DNA of 64,000 nt, taken from assembly GCA_031281585.1 (NCBI GenBank), contig JAITFE010000056.1:24566-88565 (forward strand), given 5' to 3'. The DNA comes from Bifidobacteriaceae bacterium (GTDB taxonomy: Bacteria; Actinomycetota; Actinomycetes; Actinomycetales; WQXJ01). The translations under genes and the position numbers were made by a program. Shown here one piece after another: positions 27,611-37,354 of the stretch (the stretch's first letter is position 1; each line of letters begins with the position of its first letter). The notes beneath the pieces were generated by a model. That model did no database searches. It worked only from the letters and a program-made list of their open reading frames with translations, and had not been told where the DNA came from.

Positions 27611-28434
27611 CGCCCGTCGCTCCCTTCGCCAACGGTTATGTAGTCCAAACCGGACACCTCGGCGCTGGCCGGCAACTCCAAACGGTCGACCCGCCGAATC
27701 CCGACCGTCGCCCCAAGATAGCCCTTCAGCAGGCTGATCCGGTCCGCCGCCGCGCCGGACACCAACCCCAACTCCATGTCCTCGGCCGGACCGATCGCCT
27801 GGATAACGTAAGGGGTGCCCAGCGACTCGAAGCCCACCTGGATCTGATCGCCCACGTCCCGCACGGCGGTGGTGGAGGCCAGGCGGACGCCGCCAACGGA
27901 AATCCCCTCCGCCCCCGACTGCCACAAAGCGCCCACAATGAGGCGCAGGTCGCCGGCCCGGATGCGGGCGTCGTTGGCGCCGGCGGCCACCGCCTCCACG
28001 TCCTCTTGGATGGAGATTTCCAGTCCCGGCCCGGTCACCGCGATCGCGCCGACGGCGATCGCCAGCGCCCGCGCCTCCACCGCGGCGGTCGGGTCCATCT
28101 GGGAGAGCGCCTGGTTCTCCAGCGCCTCGACCTCGCCGGCCAATTCGCTGGTCCGCTCCCGCAACGCGGTGACCCGTTCTTGCGCCTCCGCCGCCCCGCG
28201 TTCAAGGCCTTGCCGGGCGCGCTGCGCCTCCTCGCCGGGGCTCCGCAACTCCCGCACCCCCCAGGTCACCGCCAAACCGAGGACCAGCGCGATCGCCGCC
28301 ACCAGCGCCCAGCGGACGGGGCCCACAGGGCTTTGGCCGGCCGCCTTGCGTTGCGCGGCTTCGGCGTAGCCGCCGTCCAGCGGGCGCTCAAGGACCTCCG
28401 TCAGCAAGGTCATCGACTCGTCGGGACGCCTCAT
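27607..28434 (-). CDS. DUF881 domain protein
   Basis: 275 aa with a TM anchor, a coiled segment and the GPGLEISIQ...AGDLRLIVGALWQSGAEGISV core. Confidence 0.75.
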   Translation of the reverse strand: MRRPDESMTLLTEVLERPLDGGYAEAAQRKAAGQSPVGPVRWALVAAIALVLGLAVTWGVRELRSPGEEAQRARQGLERGAAEAQERVTALRERTSELAGEVEALENQALSQMDPTAAVEARALAIAVGAIAVTGPGLEISIQEDVEAVAAGANDARIRAGDLRLIVGALWQSGAEGISVGGVRLASTTAVRDVGDQIQVGFESLGTPYVIQAIGPAEDMELGLVSGAAADRISLLKGYLGATVGIRRVDRLELPASAEVSGLDYITVGEGSDGR

Positions 28435-28458
28435 GGCCTGGCGCCCGCCCCGGCCGCC

Positions 28459-29079
28459 TCAAGCCCGTGCGTCAGCATCATTGAGGTGCCTCAACGCCCG
28501 GTACGCCTCGATCAGGTAGGCGCCGCAGGCGACCCAGTAGAGGACCAGCCCCCAGATGGCGAACGCCCAGCCGAACACCCACGCCGTGTTGGCGACCATC
28601 CGGTTCGACACCTCCGCCAACAGCAGCAGCGGAAACGCGTACATCAGCGCGAAAGTCGCCGCTTTGCCGACAAAAACCACCGCCGGCGGGTCGATGTCCT
28701 TGGTTTTCAGGATCACCAGCGCCAGCCCCATGATGGCCTCGCGGGCCGCCAGCAGCGCCACCAGCCACCACGGCACTATTTCCCGCCAGCCGAGCAGGAA
28801 CACCGTCGACAGGATGAACAACCGGTCCGCCGCCGGGTCGAGCAGCCGCCCCAGGCTCGAGTACTGGTTGAATTTGCGCGCCGCCACCCCGTCCAGCCAG
28901 TCGGTGACCCCCGAAAACGCCAACACGGCAATCGCCCAAACGTCCGCGTGCCGGACCACCAAATAGACGAAAACCGGCACCAGGCAAAGCCGCAAGGCCG
29001 AAATGGCGTTGGGGATAGTGACAATCCGGTCCGTCCGGACGATCGGCTCACCAGTCAACGCGCATTTCTCCTTCCCCAA
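28459..29079 (-). CDS. CDP-alcohol phosphatidyltransferase (PgsA-type)
   Basis: Family motif DWLDGVAARKFNQYSSLGRLLDPAADRL, with multiple TM helices. Confidence 0.85.
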   Translation of the reverse strand: MGKEKCALTGEPIVRTDRIVTIPNAISALRLCLVPVFVYLVVRHADVWAIAVLAFSGVTDWLDGVAARKFNQYSSLGRLLDPAADRLFILSTVFLLGWREIVPWWLVALLAAREAIMGLALVILKTKDIDPPAVVFVGKAATFALMYAFPLLLLAEVSNRMVANTAWVFGWAFAIWGLVLYWVACGAYLIEAYRALRHLNDADARA

Positions 29080-29100
29080 TCAGCCTATAGGGTTCTTGCC

Positions 29101-29763
29101 ATGGGGCTGGGGTACCTGGCGGACGAGGTGACAACTGAGGAGATCGTCAAGAAGTCGCGCTTCATCACCCGCCTGTTCCCCGTCTTGGACCCGGTTTCCG
29201 CCAAGGAGCGCGTCGCCGCCGTCCGCCGCGGCGACCACGGCGCCCGCCACCACGCCTACGCGATGGTCATAGGGGACGATGCCGCCGTCCAACGTTCCAG
29301 CGACGACGGCGAACCAGCGGGGACCGCCGGGGCGCCCATGTTGGAGGTGCTGCGGCGCGAGCAGGTCACCGACATCCTGGCCGTCTGCACCCGCTACTTC
29401 GGCGGCGTCCTGCTTGGTCGCGGCGGGTTGATCAGGGCTTACGGCGGCGGCGTGGCCGCCGCCCTGGCCCAGGCCGAGTTGCGCCGCGAAGAGCCCCGCT
29501 GCCATTTGGCCCTGGCCGTGCCGGCCAGCGGGGCCGGACGGGCCGAGAACCTCTTGCGCAACCTGGCGGCGGCGAACCCGGCGGTCGGCATGGGGCAAGT
29601 CGCCTACGGCGAGATGACCACCCTGGAGATATCGCTGCCCCCGGACCTGCGCCCCCAGATTGAGGCCGCCCTGGCCGCCGCCGGCCTGAGCGTGGTCCGC
29701 GCCAGCGTCTCCAACCGCCGCGCCGGGCCGCCCGCCCGCGGCGACACTATGATGGCGGGGTGA
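29101..29763 (+). CDS. yigZ: YigZ / IMPACT family protein
   Basis: [12 protein letters not shown] near the N-terminus, then HHAYA and [14 protein letters not shown]. The real start is the ATG at 29101; the upstream part of track ORF 28006..29763 is antisense to other genes. Confidence 0.75.
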   Translation: MGLGYLADEVTTEEIVKKSRFITRLFPVLDPVSAKERVAAVRRGDHGARHHAYAMVIGDDAAVQRSSDDGEPAGTAGAPMLEVLRREQVTDILAVCTRYFGGVLLGRGGLIRAYGGGVAAALAQAELRREEPRCHLALAVPASGAGRAENLLRNLAAANPAVGMGQVAYGEMTTLEISLPPDLRPQIEAALAAAGLSVVRASVSNRRAGPPARGDTMMAG

Positions 29764-30560
29764 CCGCGCGACCGCCCTATGAGGCTTTGTTGGAGAAGGT
29801 CATGGAACGGGGGGCGGTCAAAGGGGACCGGACCGGGACGGGGACGCGGTCGCTGTTCGGGGAGCAGATGCGGTTCGACCTGGCGGACGGGTTTCCGCTG
29901 ATCACAACCAAGCGCGTACACGTCAAGTCGGTGATCGTGGAACTGCTTTGGTTCCTGGCCGGCGGGCACAACGTGCGCCCGCTGCAAGACCAAGGCGTGC
30001 GGATTTGGAACGAATGGGCCGGGCCGGACGGAGAGTTGGGGCCGGTCTACGGGGTCCAGTGGCGAAGCTGGCCGGCGCCCGACGGATCGACCATCGACCA
30101 GGTGGCGAACGTGCTGGACCTGATCGAACGGCAGCCGGACTCGCGCCGAATGATCGTCTCGGCCTGGAACGTGGGCTACCTGGACCAGATGGCGCTGCCG
30201 CCCTGCCACCTGCTCTTCCAGTTCTACGTCGCGGACGGGCGTTTGTCCTGCCAGTTGTACCAGCGCAGCGCGGACCTGTTCCTGGGGGTGCCGTTCAACA
30301 TCGCCTCCTATTCGCTGCTGACGCACATGATCGCCCAGCAGACCGGCCTTGACGTGGGCGAATTCGTCTGGACCGGCGGCGACTGCCACATTTACGCCAA
30401 CCACTTCGACCAGGTGCGCCTGCAGCTGAGCCGCGAACCCTATCCGGCCCCGCATTTGGAACTCCGCCGTGCGCCATCCCTTTTCAAGTACGAACTGTCC
30501 GATTTCGCCTTCCCCGACTACCGCCATCATCCGGCCATCACCGCCCCGGTGGCGGTGTGA
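29760..30560 (+). CDS. thyA: thymidylate synthase
   Basis: [17 protein letters not shown] (catalytic Cys), [13 protein letters not shown] and GDCHIY. Confidence 0.95.
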   Translation: MTARPPYEALLEKVMERGAVKGDRTGTGTRSLFGEQMRFDLADGFPLITTKRVHVKSVIVELLWFLAGGHNVRPLQDQGVRIWNEWAGPDGELGPVYGVQWRSWPAPDGSTIDQVANVLDLIERQPDSRRMIVSAWNVGYLDQMALPPCHLLFQFYVADGRLSCQLYQRSADLFLGVPFNIASYSLLTHMIAQQTGLDVGEFVWTGGDCHIYANHFDQVRLQLSREPYPAPHLELRRAPSLFKYELSDFAFPDYRHHPAITAPVAV

Positions 30561-31108
30561 ACGCCGCCCAAAGTGGCCCGGCCGCCTCGGAAGTCGCCAT
30601 GATCTGGGCCCAAACCGTCGACGGCGTGATCGGGCGGGACGGGGCCATGCCCTGGCACCTGCCGGAGGACCTCAGGCGTTTCAAAGAGCTGACCTGGGGC
30701 CACGCGGTGATCATGGGCCGCGTCACATGGGAGGCCCTGCCGCAGCGGTTCAGGCCCCTGCCGGGACGGGCCAATCTGGTGCTGACCGGGCGGGGCGACT
30801 GGACGGCATCGGGCGCGGTCGCGGTTGGCAGCCCGGCCGAGGCCCTGGCGCGGGCCCATGCGAGCGGACTGCCCGGCCCCGTCTGGGTGATCGGCGGAGC
30901 GGCCGTCTACCGCGCCTTCGTGGGGCTGGCGGACCGAGCGGAGGTGACGGTGATCGACTCGGCGGCGGGCGGGGACGCCCACGCGCCGGAACTGGGCGCG
31001 GGCTGGCGACAAGTCCGGCGGGATCCGTCAGACGGTTGGCTGACCAGCCAGTCCTCGCTGCGGTATAGGTTTGAGACATGGCTGCCAGATCAATTGCCGT
31101 CGTCGTAG
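30557..31108 (+). CDS. folA: dihydrofolate reductase
   Basis: [32 protein letters not shown] and VIGGAAVY. The start is either the GTG at 30557 (overlapping the thyA stop) or the ATG at 30599. Confidence 0.9.
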   Translation: MNAAQSGPAASEVAMIWAQTVDGVIGRDGAMPWHLPEDLRRFKELTWGHAVIMGRVTWEALPQRFRPLPGRANLVLTGRGDWTASGAVAVGSPAEALARAHASGLPGPVWVIGGAAVYRAFVGLADRAEVTVIDSAAGGDAHAPELGAGWRQVRRDPSDGWLTSQSSLRYRFETWLPDQLPSS

Positions 31109-31563
31109 ACACCGCGCTGGAGGGTTCGGACGTGGCCCAGATTGTTGGGCTGTACGGGGCGGGAACGAACGTCCAGGTCCTGGTGCCGACCGCCGATTCG
31201 GAACCCCGCCTGCGGTCCGTCATGGACCACCTGGTGCTGGGCGAGTTGTCCGGCGCCTGGGCCACCCTCAAAGGCCACGACCCGGACGCCCGCAGCCTTG
31301 AGCAGGCTTCGGCGATCCTGCGCGAGTCGCTGGCCGAACTCCGCCGCGCCGGGCTGGCCGCCGACGGCGAGGTGGTTCCCGGCGACCCGATCGCCGCCCT
31401 GGTCCAAACCATCGCCGCGACCAAGGCGGTCGCCGCCGTCTTTGTGACCCGGCCGCACCTGGTCGGGGACGCCCTCCACGAGGATTGGTCCGCCAAGGCC
31501 CGCCGCGCGCTCGGCGTGCCCGTCATCCACTTCTATTCCGGCACCACCAAGCTTTTGTCTTAG
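31078..31563 (+). CDS. hypothetical protein, universal-stress-protein-like
   Basis: 161 aa starting [14 protein letters not shown] and ending VPVIHFY, a USP-like strand pattern. It overlaps the folA end by 31 nt. The family assignment is tentative. Confidence 0.45.
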   Translation: MAARSIAVVVDTALEGSDVAQIVGLYGAGTNVQVLVPTADSEPRLRSVMDHLVLGELSGAWATLKGHDPDARSLEQASAILRESLAELRRAGLAADGEVVPGDPIAALVQTIAATKAVAAVFVTRPHLVGDALHEDWSAKARRALGVPVIHFYSGTTKLLS

Positions 31564-31718
31564 CTCCTGCCCGATGCCGTCGCCAGACCGCCGCTCCCGC
31601 CTGGGGTCCGCCGCCGGCCGGTGAGGCGGCGTCGGCGAGCGGGCCCCAAGGCGGTCGCTTGCGAGTTCAGCGGCGTGGGAACCACGCCTTTGGGGCGCGC
31701 GCGCGTAGCGTTCAAAGC

Positions 31719-32288
31719 GTGCAAAGGCCCTCAGACGATTCGCCGCCGGCGCGGTTTGTCGAAGCCCTGGAGTCGATCCGGCGCGCCGACCTGCCGTCGC
31801 AGGCGGTCCTGGAGGAGATCCCCGCGCCGGTGCGCGCGGCGCCTTTCGCGGTGGCGATCGAGGCCCGTCTGCCCGCCGCGGACGATTCGGATTGCTCGTC
31901 CGGATCCTTTGTGGTCCTCCATGAGCCGGACGGCCACACCGTGTGGGAGGGCGACTTCCGGATTGTGACGGTGGCGCGCGCGGAGCTTGAGCCGGAGATG
32001 GGGGCCGACCCTTTCCTGGCCGAGGTGGCGTGGAGCTACCTGGCGGAGTCCCTGGACATGGAATCGCTCGCCATGGGGCACCTGGCCGGCACGGTGACCA
32101 GGACCCTGTCGGAGTCGTTCGGCGACCTGAAGATGCGCGGCTCCTCCGTCGGGGTGGAGGTGCGGGCCTCTTGGACGCCGGGGGGCCCGGACGTTGGCGA
32201 CCAGTTGGTCGCCTGGATCGGCTTCCTCGCCAAGCTCGGCGGCGTCGAATTGCTGCCCGCCGGGGTCATTCCGCTGCGCCCCCGGTGA
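31719..32288 (+). CDS. DUF3000 domain protein
   Basis: Conserved EEIPAP.RAAPFAVA and TVTRT segments, with the usual position upstream of rnd. The start (GTG at 31719) is a guess. Confidence 0.6.
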   Translation: MQRPSDDSPPARFVEALESIRRADLPSQAVLEEIPAPVRAAPFAVAIEARLPAADDSDCSSGSFVVLHEPDGHTVWEGDFRIVTVARAELEPEMGADPFLAEVAWSYLAESLDMESLAMGHLAGTVTRTLSESFGDLKMRGSSVGVEVRASWTPGGPDVGDQLVAWIGFLAKLGGVELLPAGVIPLRPR

Positions 32289-32379
32289 GCGGGCGAAGCC
32301 GGGTGGGCGGCGGCTTGCGCCGCCCCTGTCAACACGGTGGGACGGCGGCCGCCCACCGGCGTCCTAGGCTTGATTCGAC

Positions 32380-33582
32380 ATGATTGACTCGATTGTCCCG
32401 CTTGACTCGCCTCCAACCGGCGTGCCGCCGCTGACTGACACTCCCGCCGCCCTTGAGCGCGCCATCGCCCTGCTGAAGCAGGGTCATGGACCGGTCGCGG
32501 CCGACTCGGAACGCGCCAGCGGTTTCCGTTACCACGTCCGGGCAGAACTGGTGCAATTGTTTCGGCGCGGCAGCGGAGTGGTGCTGATCGACGCGCGGGC
32601 GCTGCCGAACCTGAGTTCGCTGAGCGCGGCCCTTCAGGGCGTCGAGTGGGTCTTCCACGCCGCCTCCCAAGATCTCCCCTGTCTGCGCGAATGCGGCCTC
32701 GAGCCAAGCCTGATCTTCGACACGGAGCTGGCCTCACGGCTGCTGGGCGAACCCCGCGTGGGCCTGGCCGCGGTGGTGGCCAGGACGCTGGGACTGGGCT
32801 TGGCCAAGGAGCATTCCGCCCAGGACTGGTCCCGCCGGCCGCTGCCGGCGTCCTGGCTCAATTACGCGGCGCTTGACGTGGCGGTGCTGGTCGACGTGCG
32901 GGACGTGCTCGAACGGGAGCTGGAAGAGGCCGGGAAGCTGGGCATTGCACGGGCGGAGGCGGCCGCGGCGCTGGCGGCCCCGCCGCCCGCGCCCAGGGTC
33001 GAACCGTGGCGCCGCACAGCGGGCGCGGGCGCCCTGAAGAACCCCCGCCAGCTGGCCGTGCTCCGGTCGCTGTGGCAGGCGCGCGACCGGCTGGCGGCGA
33101 AGCGGGACATCTTCCCCGGCCGGGTCCTGCCGGACGCGGCCCTGGTGGCGGCTGCCGCCGCCCTCCCGCAGTCCCGTCAGGACCTGGTACGGATCCCGCC
33201 CTTCGACGGCCGGCGCCAGATCAGGCTGCTCACCTACTGGTGGACGGCGGTCGCGGCGGGTCTGGCGCTGCCGGCGGCGGACCTCCCGCCAATGCGCGGG
33301 CCGCGCCGCGACTCGGTTCCGCCGGTGCGTCAGTGGGGCCGGCGGCACCCGGCCGCCGCCGCGCGCATGGCCCAGGTCAAAGCGCAGTTGGCGGAGCTGT
33401 CCCAAGACGAGCAGATCCCGGTCGAGAACCTGATGCAACCCGACCTGGTGCGCTCCGTGGTGTTCGAGGCGCCGCGCAACGTGGCTGAGGCGATGGCCGC
33501 CCGCGGCGCCCGCGGCTGGCAAATCGAGGCCGTCGCGCCCCTGGTCGTCACGGCCATCGAGGACCACCCGGAACCGCGCTGA
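32380..33582 (+). CDS. rnd: ribonuclease D (3'-5' exonuclease plus HRDC domain)
   Basis: 400 aa with a DEDD-type exonuclease N-terminal half (VFHAASQDLPCL, YAALDV) and an HRDC-like segment (RQLAVLRSLWQARD). Confidence 0.82.
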   Translation: MIDSIVPLDSPPTGVPPLTDTPAALERAIALLKQGHGPVAADSERASGFRYHVRAELVQLFRRGSGVVLIDARALPNLSSLSAALQGVEWVFHAASQDLPCLRECGLEPSLIFDTELASRLLGEPRVGLAAVVARTLGLGLAKEHSAQDWSRRPLPASWLNYAALDVAVLVDVRDVLERELEEAGKLGIARAEAAAALAAPPPAPRVEPWRRTAGAGALKNPRQLAVLRSLWQARDRLAAKRDIFPGRVLPDAALVAAAAALPQSRQDLVRIPPFDGRRQIRLLTYWWTAVAAGLALPAADLPPMRGPRRDSVPPVRQWGRRHPAAAARMAQVKAQLAELSQDEQIPVENLMQPDLVRSVVFEAPRNVAEAMAARGARGWQIEAVAPLVVTAIEDHPEPR

Positions 33583-33642
33583 CCGTGACGGCTGTCGCCC
33601 GCCCCGGCGGCCTGCGGCCGGCCGAACCGACCGCCATCCGTG

Positions 33643-33701
33643 CTGTTTGGCTAATAGAAGTTCGGCTGTTTGGCTAATAGAAGTTCGGCTGTTGGTACAA
33701 T
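33643..33701 (+). promoter_or_regulatory. AT-rich 23-bp tandem repeat (2.3 copies) ending in a -10 box for a leaderless ATPase transcript
   Basis: CTGTTTGGCTAATAGAAGTTCGG occurs at 33643..33665 and 33666..33688, followed by CTGTTGG. TACAAT at 33696..33701 lies 6 nt before the GTG at 33708. Confidence 0.5.
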
Positions 33702-33707
33702 AGCGCG

Positions 33708-34985
33708 GTGGCGACGTATTTTCCGCGAGCTCTTGACGGGCTGTTGGCCGACGCGCTGACCGGCCTGTCAGCCATCGCAGTGGACGGTCCCAAAGGCGTG
33801 GGGAAGACCGCCACGGCCTCCCGACTGGCCAAGTCGATAATTGAACTGGATCGGGAAGACGAACGTCAGGCGTTGGCCGAAGATCCCACTCGGATCGAAC
33901 GGCTGGCCCGGCCCGCGCTGATCGACGAGTGGCAGCTCTACCCGTCGGTGTGGGACCAGGTGCGGCGGGCAGTCGATCATGATCCGAGCCCAGGGCGGTT
34001 CATCCTGACTGGTTCGGCCACTCCCGTGCAATCCCCCAAGCATTCGGGGGCCGGACGCATTGTCCACTTGCGGATGCGCCCTTTTTCACTTGCCGAGCGT
34101 CTGGCCACAGCCCAGATCTCGCTGGCGGAGTTGATGGGCGGCGCGCGCCCGCCGATCAGCGGAACTTGCGACCTGGCCGCCCCGGATTACGCCGAAGAAG
34201 TAGTCAAAGGCGGCTTCCCGGCGTTGCGGGCGGTTCCACCTCAGTTTCGGCAACTCGCCTGGTCCGGTTACTTGGACGAAGTCCTGAACCGAGAGTTGCC
34301 CGAACTTGGTCGCCCCGTCCGTCGGCGCGACACCTTGCGGGCCTGGCTGCGTTCATACGCTGGGGCCACCTGCACCACGGCAAGCTATACGGACATATTG
34401 GACAACGCCATGGCGGCGGACGCCGACAAGCCGACCAAGGCGACCACGCTGGCTTGGCGCGAGGCGCTGGGGGCCATGTGGCTGCTTGACCCTCTGCCGC
34501 CCTGGGATGACCCGTTGCGGCGGCTCGGGCGGCTTGGCCAGGTTCCCAAGCACCAACTCGCCGACCCCGCGCTCGCGGCACACTTGCTGGGCCTGAGCGC
34601 CACTACGCTGTTGTCAGGCCCAAAGCCCGGCGAGTTGGCGTTTCGACGCCCCGGCACCGCGTTCGGCGCCCTATTCGAATCTCTTGTCACGCTTTCAATC
34701 AGGGTCTACGCCCAGCTCTTGGGTGCCCGGACCAGCCACCTGCGGACCAGAAATGGCGATCACGAGGTGGATGTCATGGTCACCAAACAAGACGGCAGGG
34801 CCCTGGCCATAGAGATCAAGTCCGCCCCAACTGTGACCGCCGCCGATGTCAAGCATCTGCGCTGGCTGCAAGACAAACTGGGCGACAGTCTTTCGGATTC
34901 GCTGATAGTGAACACCGGGCAGGCCGCCTATCGGCGCTCCGCCGACGGGATTGCGGTCGTTCCCGCGGCGCTGCTGGGCCCCTGA
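33708..34985 (+). CDS. AAA-family ATPase with C-terminal DUF4143 domain
   Basis: Walker A GPKGVGKT and Walker B-like LIDEWQ. 425 aa, with the typical architecture of this widespread uncharacterised family. Confidence 0.8.
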   Translation: MATYFPRALDGLLADALTGLSAIAVDGPKGVGKTATASRLAKSIIELDREDERQALAEDPTRIERLARPALIDEWQLYPSVWDQVRRAVDHDPSPGRFILTGSATPVQSPKHSGAGRIVHLRMRPFSLAERLATAQISLAELMGGARPPISGTCDLAAPDYAEEVVKGGFPALRAVPPQFRQLAWSGYLDEVLNRELPELGRPVRRRDTLRAWLRSYAGATCTTASYTDILDNAMAADADKPTKATTLAWREALGAMWLLDPLPPWDDPLRRLGRLGQVPKHQLADPALAAHLLGLSATTLLSGPKPGELAFRRPGTAFGALFESLVTLSIRVYAQLLGARTSHLRTRNGDHEVDVMVTKQDGRALAIEIKSAPTVTAADVKHLRWLQDKLGDSLSDSLIVNTGQAAYRRSADGIAVVPAALLGP

Positions 34986-35047
34986 TCGGGCCCTGAGCCG
35001 GCCTCCCAGGGCGGCCGGGGGCGTCAGGCCGCTGCTTTGGGGCCCGG

Positions 35048-37324
35048 CTAGGAATCCGAGACGCGCAGCGTGGCTGTGCCGTTGGCGGCTTCGACTGTGC
35101 GGTCGCCGGCCGCGAGCCGCCACGCGACGGACTTAGGCCCGGTCGCGACAAGGCTTTGACCGTCCCTGCAGACTGTGAATTGGGCTGCGGGGCCGCCCGT
35201 CGCGCTGGGGATGGGCAGCTCGCGGCTTTCGCCGTCTGGCAGGTCAAACACCATCAGAGTCACTCCTTCGGCCCAGTCGTAGTCGGGACGTTGGCCGCCG
35301 CGCCCAAGGGGCAGCACGGTTCCCGGACGCACCAGGACCGGCAGCGAGTCGTGGGGATGGACTTGGCGGACCCAACGCGGACCGGTCACCTTCGAGCCGT
35401 CCAGCAGCGAGGTCCAGACCCCCTCCGGCACGTACACGTCGACCTGGCCGTCCCCGCGCATCACGGGCGCAACCAGCACACTGTCCCCCAACATGTACTG
35501 GGTCTCGACGTGGCGGGCCGTCAGGTCGTCGGGGAACTCCAACAGCAGGTGTCGCAGCACCGGCAGACCGTCCGTGTGCGCTTCCTCGGCGATCCGCGCC
35601 AAGTACGGCATCAGCTTGTGCTTGAGTTCGGCGTAGCGCCGGGTTATCCCGACCGCCTCCTCGTCGAATGCCCAGGGCACCCTCACCGACGTCGATCCAT
35701 GGAGTCTTGAATGCGAGGACAGGAGCCCGAACGGCAGCCAGCGTTTGAACAGCGTGGGATCCGGGGTGCCTTCGAAGCCGCCGATGTCGTGGCTCCAGAA
35801 CCCGAAGCCGCACAGCCCCAGCGACAGTCCGCCGCGCAGGGTTTCAGCCATGGATGGGTAGCTGGAGTCGTTGTCGCCGCTCCAGTGCACCGGGAATTGC
35901 TGGCCGCCGGCGGTGGCGGACCGGGCGAACACCACCGCCTCGGCTTTCCCACGCACTTCCTCCAGCACCTTGAAGACCGTCCGGTTGTAGATCAACGCGT
36001 AGTAGTTGTGCATGCGCTCGGGGTCAGAGCCGTCGTGGTAGCGGATCGCCTCGACAGGGATCCTTTCGCCGAAATCCGTCTTGAAACAGTCGACCCCTTG
36101 CGCCAGCAACTGGCGCAGGTGGGCCGCGTACCATTCGGCTGCGGCGGGATTGGTGAAGTCCACCACTGCCATTCCTGCCTGCCAGCTGTCGCATTGCCAG
36201 ACGCTCCCGTCCGCCCGGCGAAGGAAGTAACCGTTTGCGCGGCCCTCCTCGAACAGGCGGGACCGTTGCGCTATGTAGGGGTTTATCCACACGCATATCT
36301 GCAAACCGCGCGCTTTCAGGCGCGCCAGCATTTCGGTGGGCTCCGGGAATTGCTCCGGGTCCCATTCGAAATCCGTCCAATGGAATTCGCGCATCCAGAA
36401 GCAGTCAAAGTGGAATACCGAGAGCGGCAGCCCGCGATCCGCCATGCCGTCCACGAAAGAGCACACCGTCGCCTCGTCGTAGGAGGTCGAGAAGGACGTG
36501 GACAGCCACAAGCCGAACGACCACGCGGGAACCCTGGCGGGACGACCCGTCAAGCCCGTGTAGCGCCGCAGCACGTCCTTCGGCGTGGGGCCCGCTACCA
36601 CGCAGTATTCGAGGGCTTCGCCCGCGACCGAGAACTGGACTCGTTCCACCATCTCCGACGCCACCTCGAAAGAAACACGGCCCGGATCGTTTACCAGCAC
36701 GCCGTAGCCCTTTGACGTCAGGTAGAAGGGCACGTTCTTGTAGGCCTGCTCGGAGCAGGTGCCGCCGTCTTCGTTCCAGATGTCCACGCTTTGGCCGTTC
36801 TTGACGACCGGGCCAAAGCGTTCGCCCAGGCCGTAGACCGATTCGCCGACGTCCAATGTGAGCTGTTCGTGCACGTACACAGCCCCGTCGTCCGCCGTGG
36901 CCAAACCGACCGAGTTGCCGACCGATGAGGTCAGCATGCGGCCCTGGTCCCAAAACTCGATCCGCCAGCCGTCGCCTCGGTGGACGCGGGCCTCAAGGCC
37001 GCCCGCCCGCAGACACGCCGTCGCCTCGCCTATTTCAATCAGGGGACGGTAACCGGGGGAAGCCGCCAACTCGAATCCGAGCGGGCTCACGGCTTTGCCC
37101 TCGTGGTGGGAGACGCGGACGCTGATCACACCCGGCGCCGGCGAACCCAAGGTGACTGTGATGAGGGGCCGGTTGAGCGTGTCGCCGCGCGACCGGATCC
37201 GCGCCGTCGGCGCGTAAACGGTCAGGGTGCCAGCCTCCGGATCGGCGCGGATGTCACGCACTTCCCGCGGGTGCAGCACGGAGAAGCCTTCGCGAACTTT
37301 CCAGTATCCGTCTGAGAATCTCAT
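35048..37324 (-). CDS. glycoside hydrolase family 31, alpha-xylosidase (YicI-like)
   Basis: The N-terminus MRFSDGYWKVREGF parallels YicI. It has the catalytic-region motifs KTDFGERIP and WSGDNDSSY. 758 aa with no signal peptide. Confidence 0.82.
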   Translation of the reverse strand: MRFSDGYWKVREGFSVLHPREVRDIRADPEAGTLTVYAPTARIRSRGDTLNRPLITVTLGSPAPGVISVRVSHHEGKAVSPLGFELAASPGYRPLIEIGEATACLRAGGLEARVHRGDGWRIEFWDQGRMLTSSVGNSVGLATADDGAVYVHEQLTLDVGESVYGLGERFGPVVKNGQSVDIWNEDGGTCSEQAYKNVPFYLTSKGYGVLVNDPGRVSFEVASEMVERVQFSVAGEALEYCVVAGPTPKDVLRRYTGLTGRPARVPAWSFGLWLSTSFSTSYDEATVCSFVDGMADRGLPLSVFHFDCFWMREFHWTDFEWDPEQFPEPTEMLARLKARGLQICVWINPYIAQRSRLFEEGRANGYFLRRADGSVWQCDSWQAGMAVVDFTNPAAAEWYAAHLRQLLAQGVDCFKTDFGERIPVEAIRYHDGSDPERMHNYYALIYNRTVFKVLEEVRGKAEAVVFARSATAGGQQFPVHWSGDNDSSYPSMAETLRGGLSLGLCGFGFWSHDIGGFEGTPDPTLFKRWLPFGLLSSHSRLHGSTSVRVPWAFDEEAVGITRRYAELKHKLMPYLARIAEEAHTDGLPVLRHLLLEFPDDLTARHVETQYMLGDSVLVAPVMRGDGQVDVYVPEGVWTSLLDGSKVTGPRWVRQVHPHDSLPVLVRPGTVLPLGRGGQRPDYDWAEGVTLMVFDLPDGESRELPIPSATGGPAAQFTVCRDGQSLVATGPKSVAWRLAAGDRTVEAANGTATLRVSDS

Positions 37325-37354
37325 TGTTTCGTCCTTGGGGCGGCTAGTTAGCGG

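Noticed and set aside
28006-29100. N-terminal 365 aa of track ORF 28006..29763
   Set aside because: This part is antisense to the DUF881 and CDP-alcohol transferase genes and is Arg/His/Gln/Pro-rich. Only the part from the ATG at 29101 has YigZ features.
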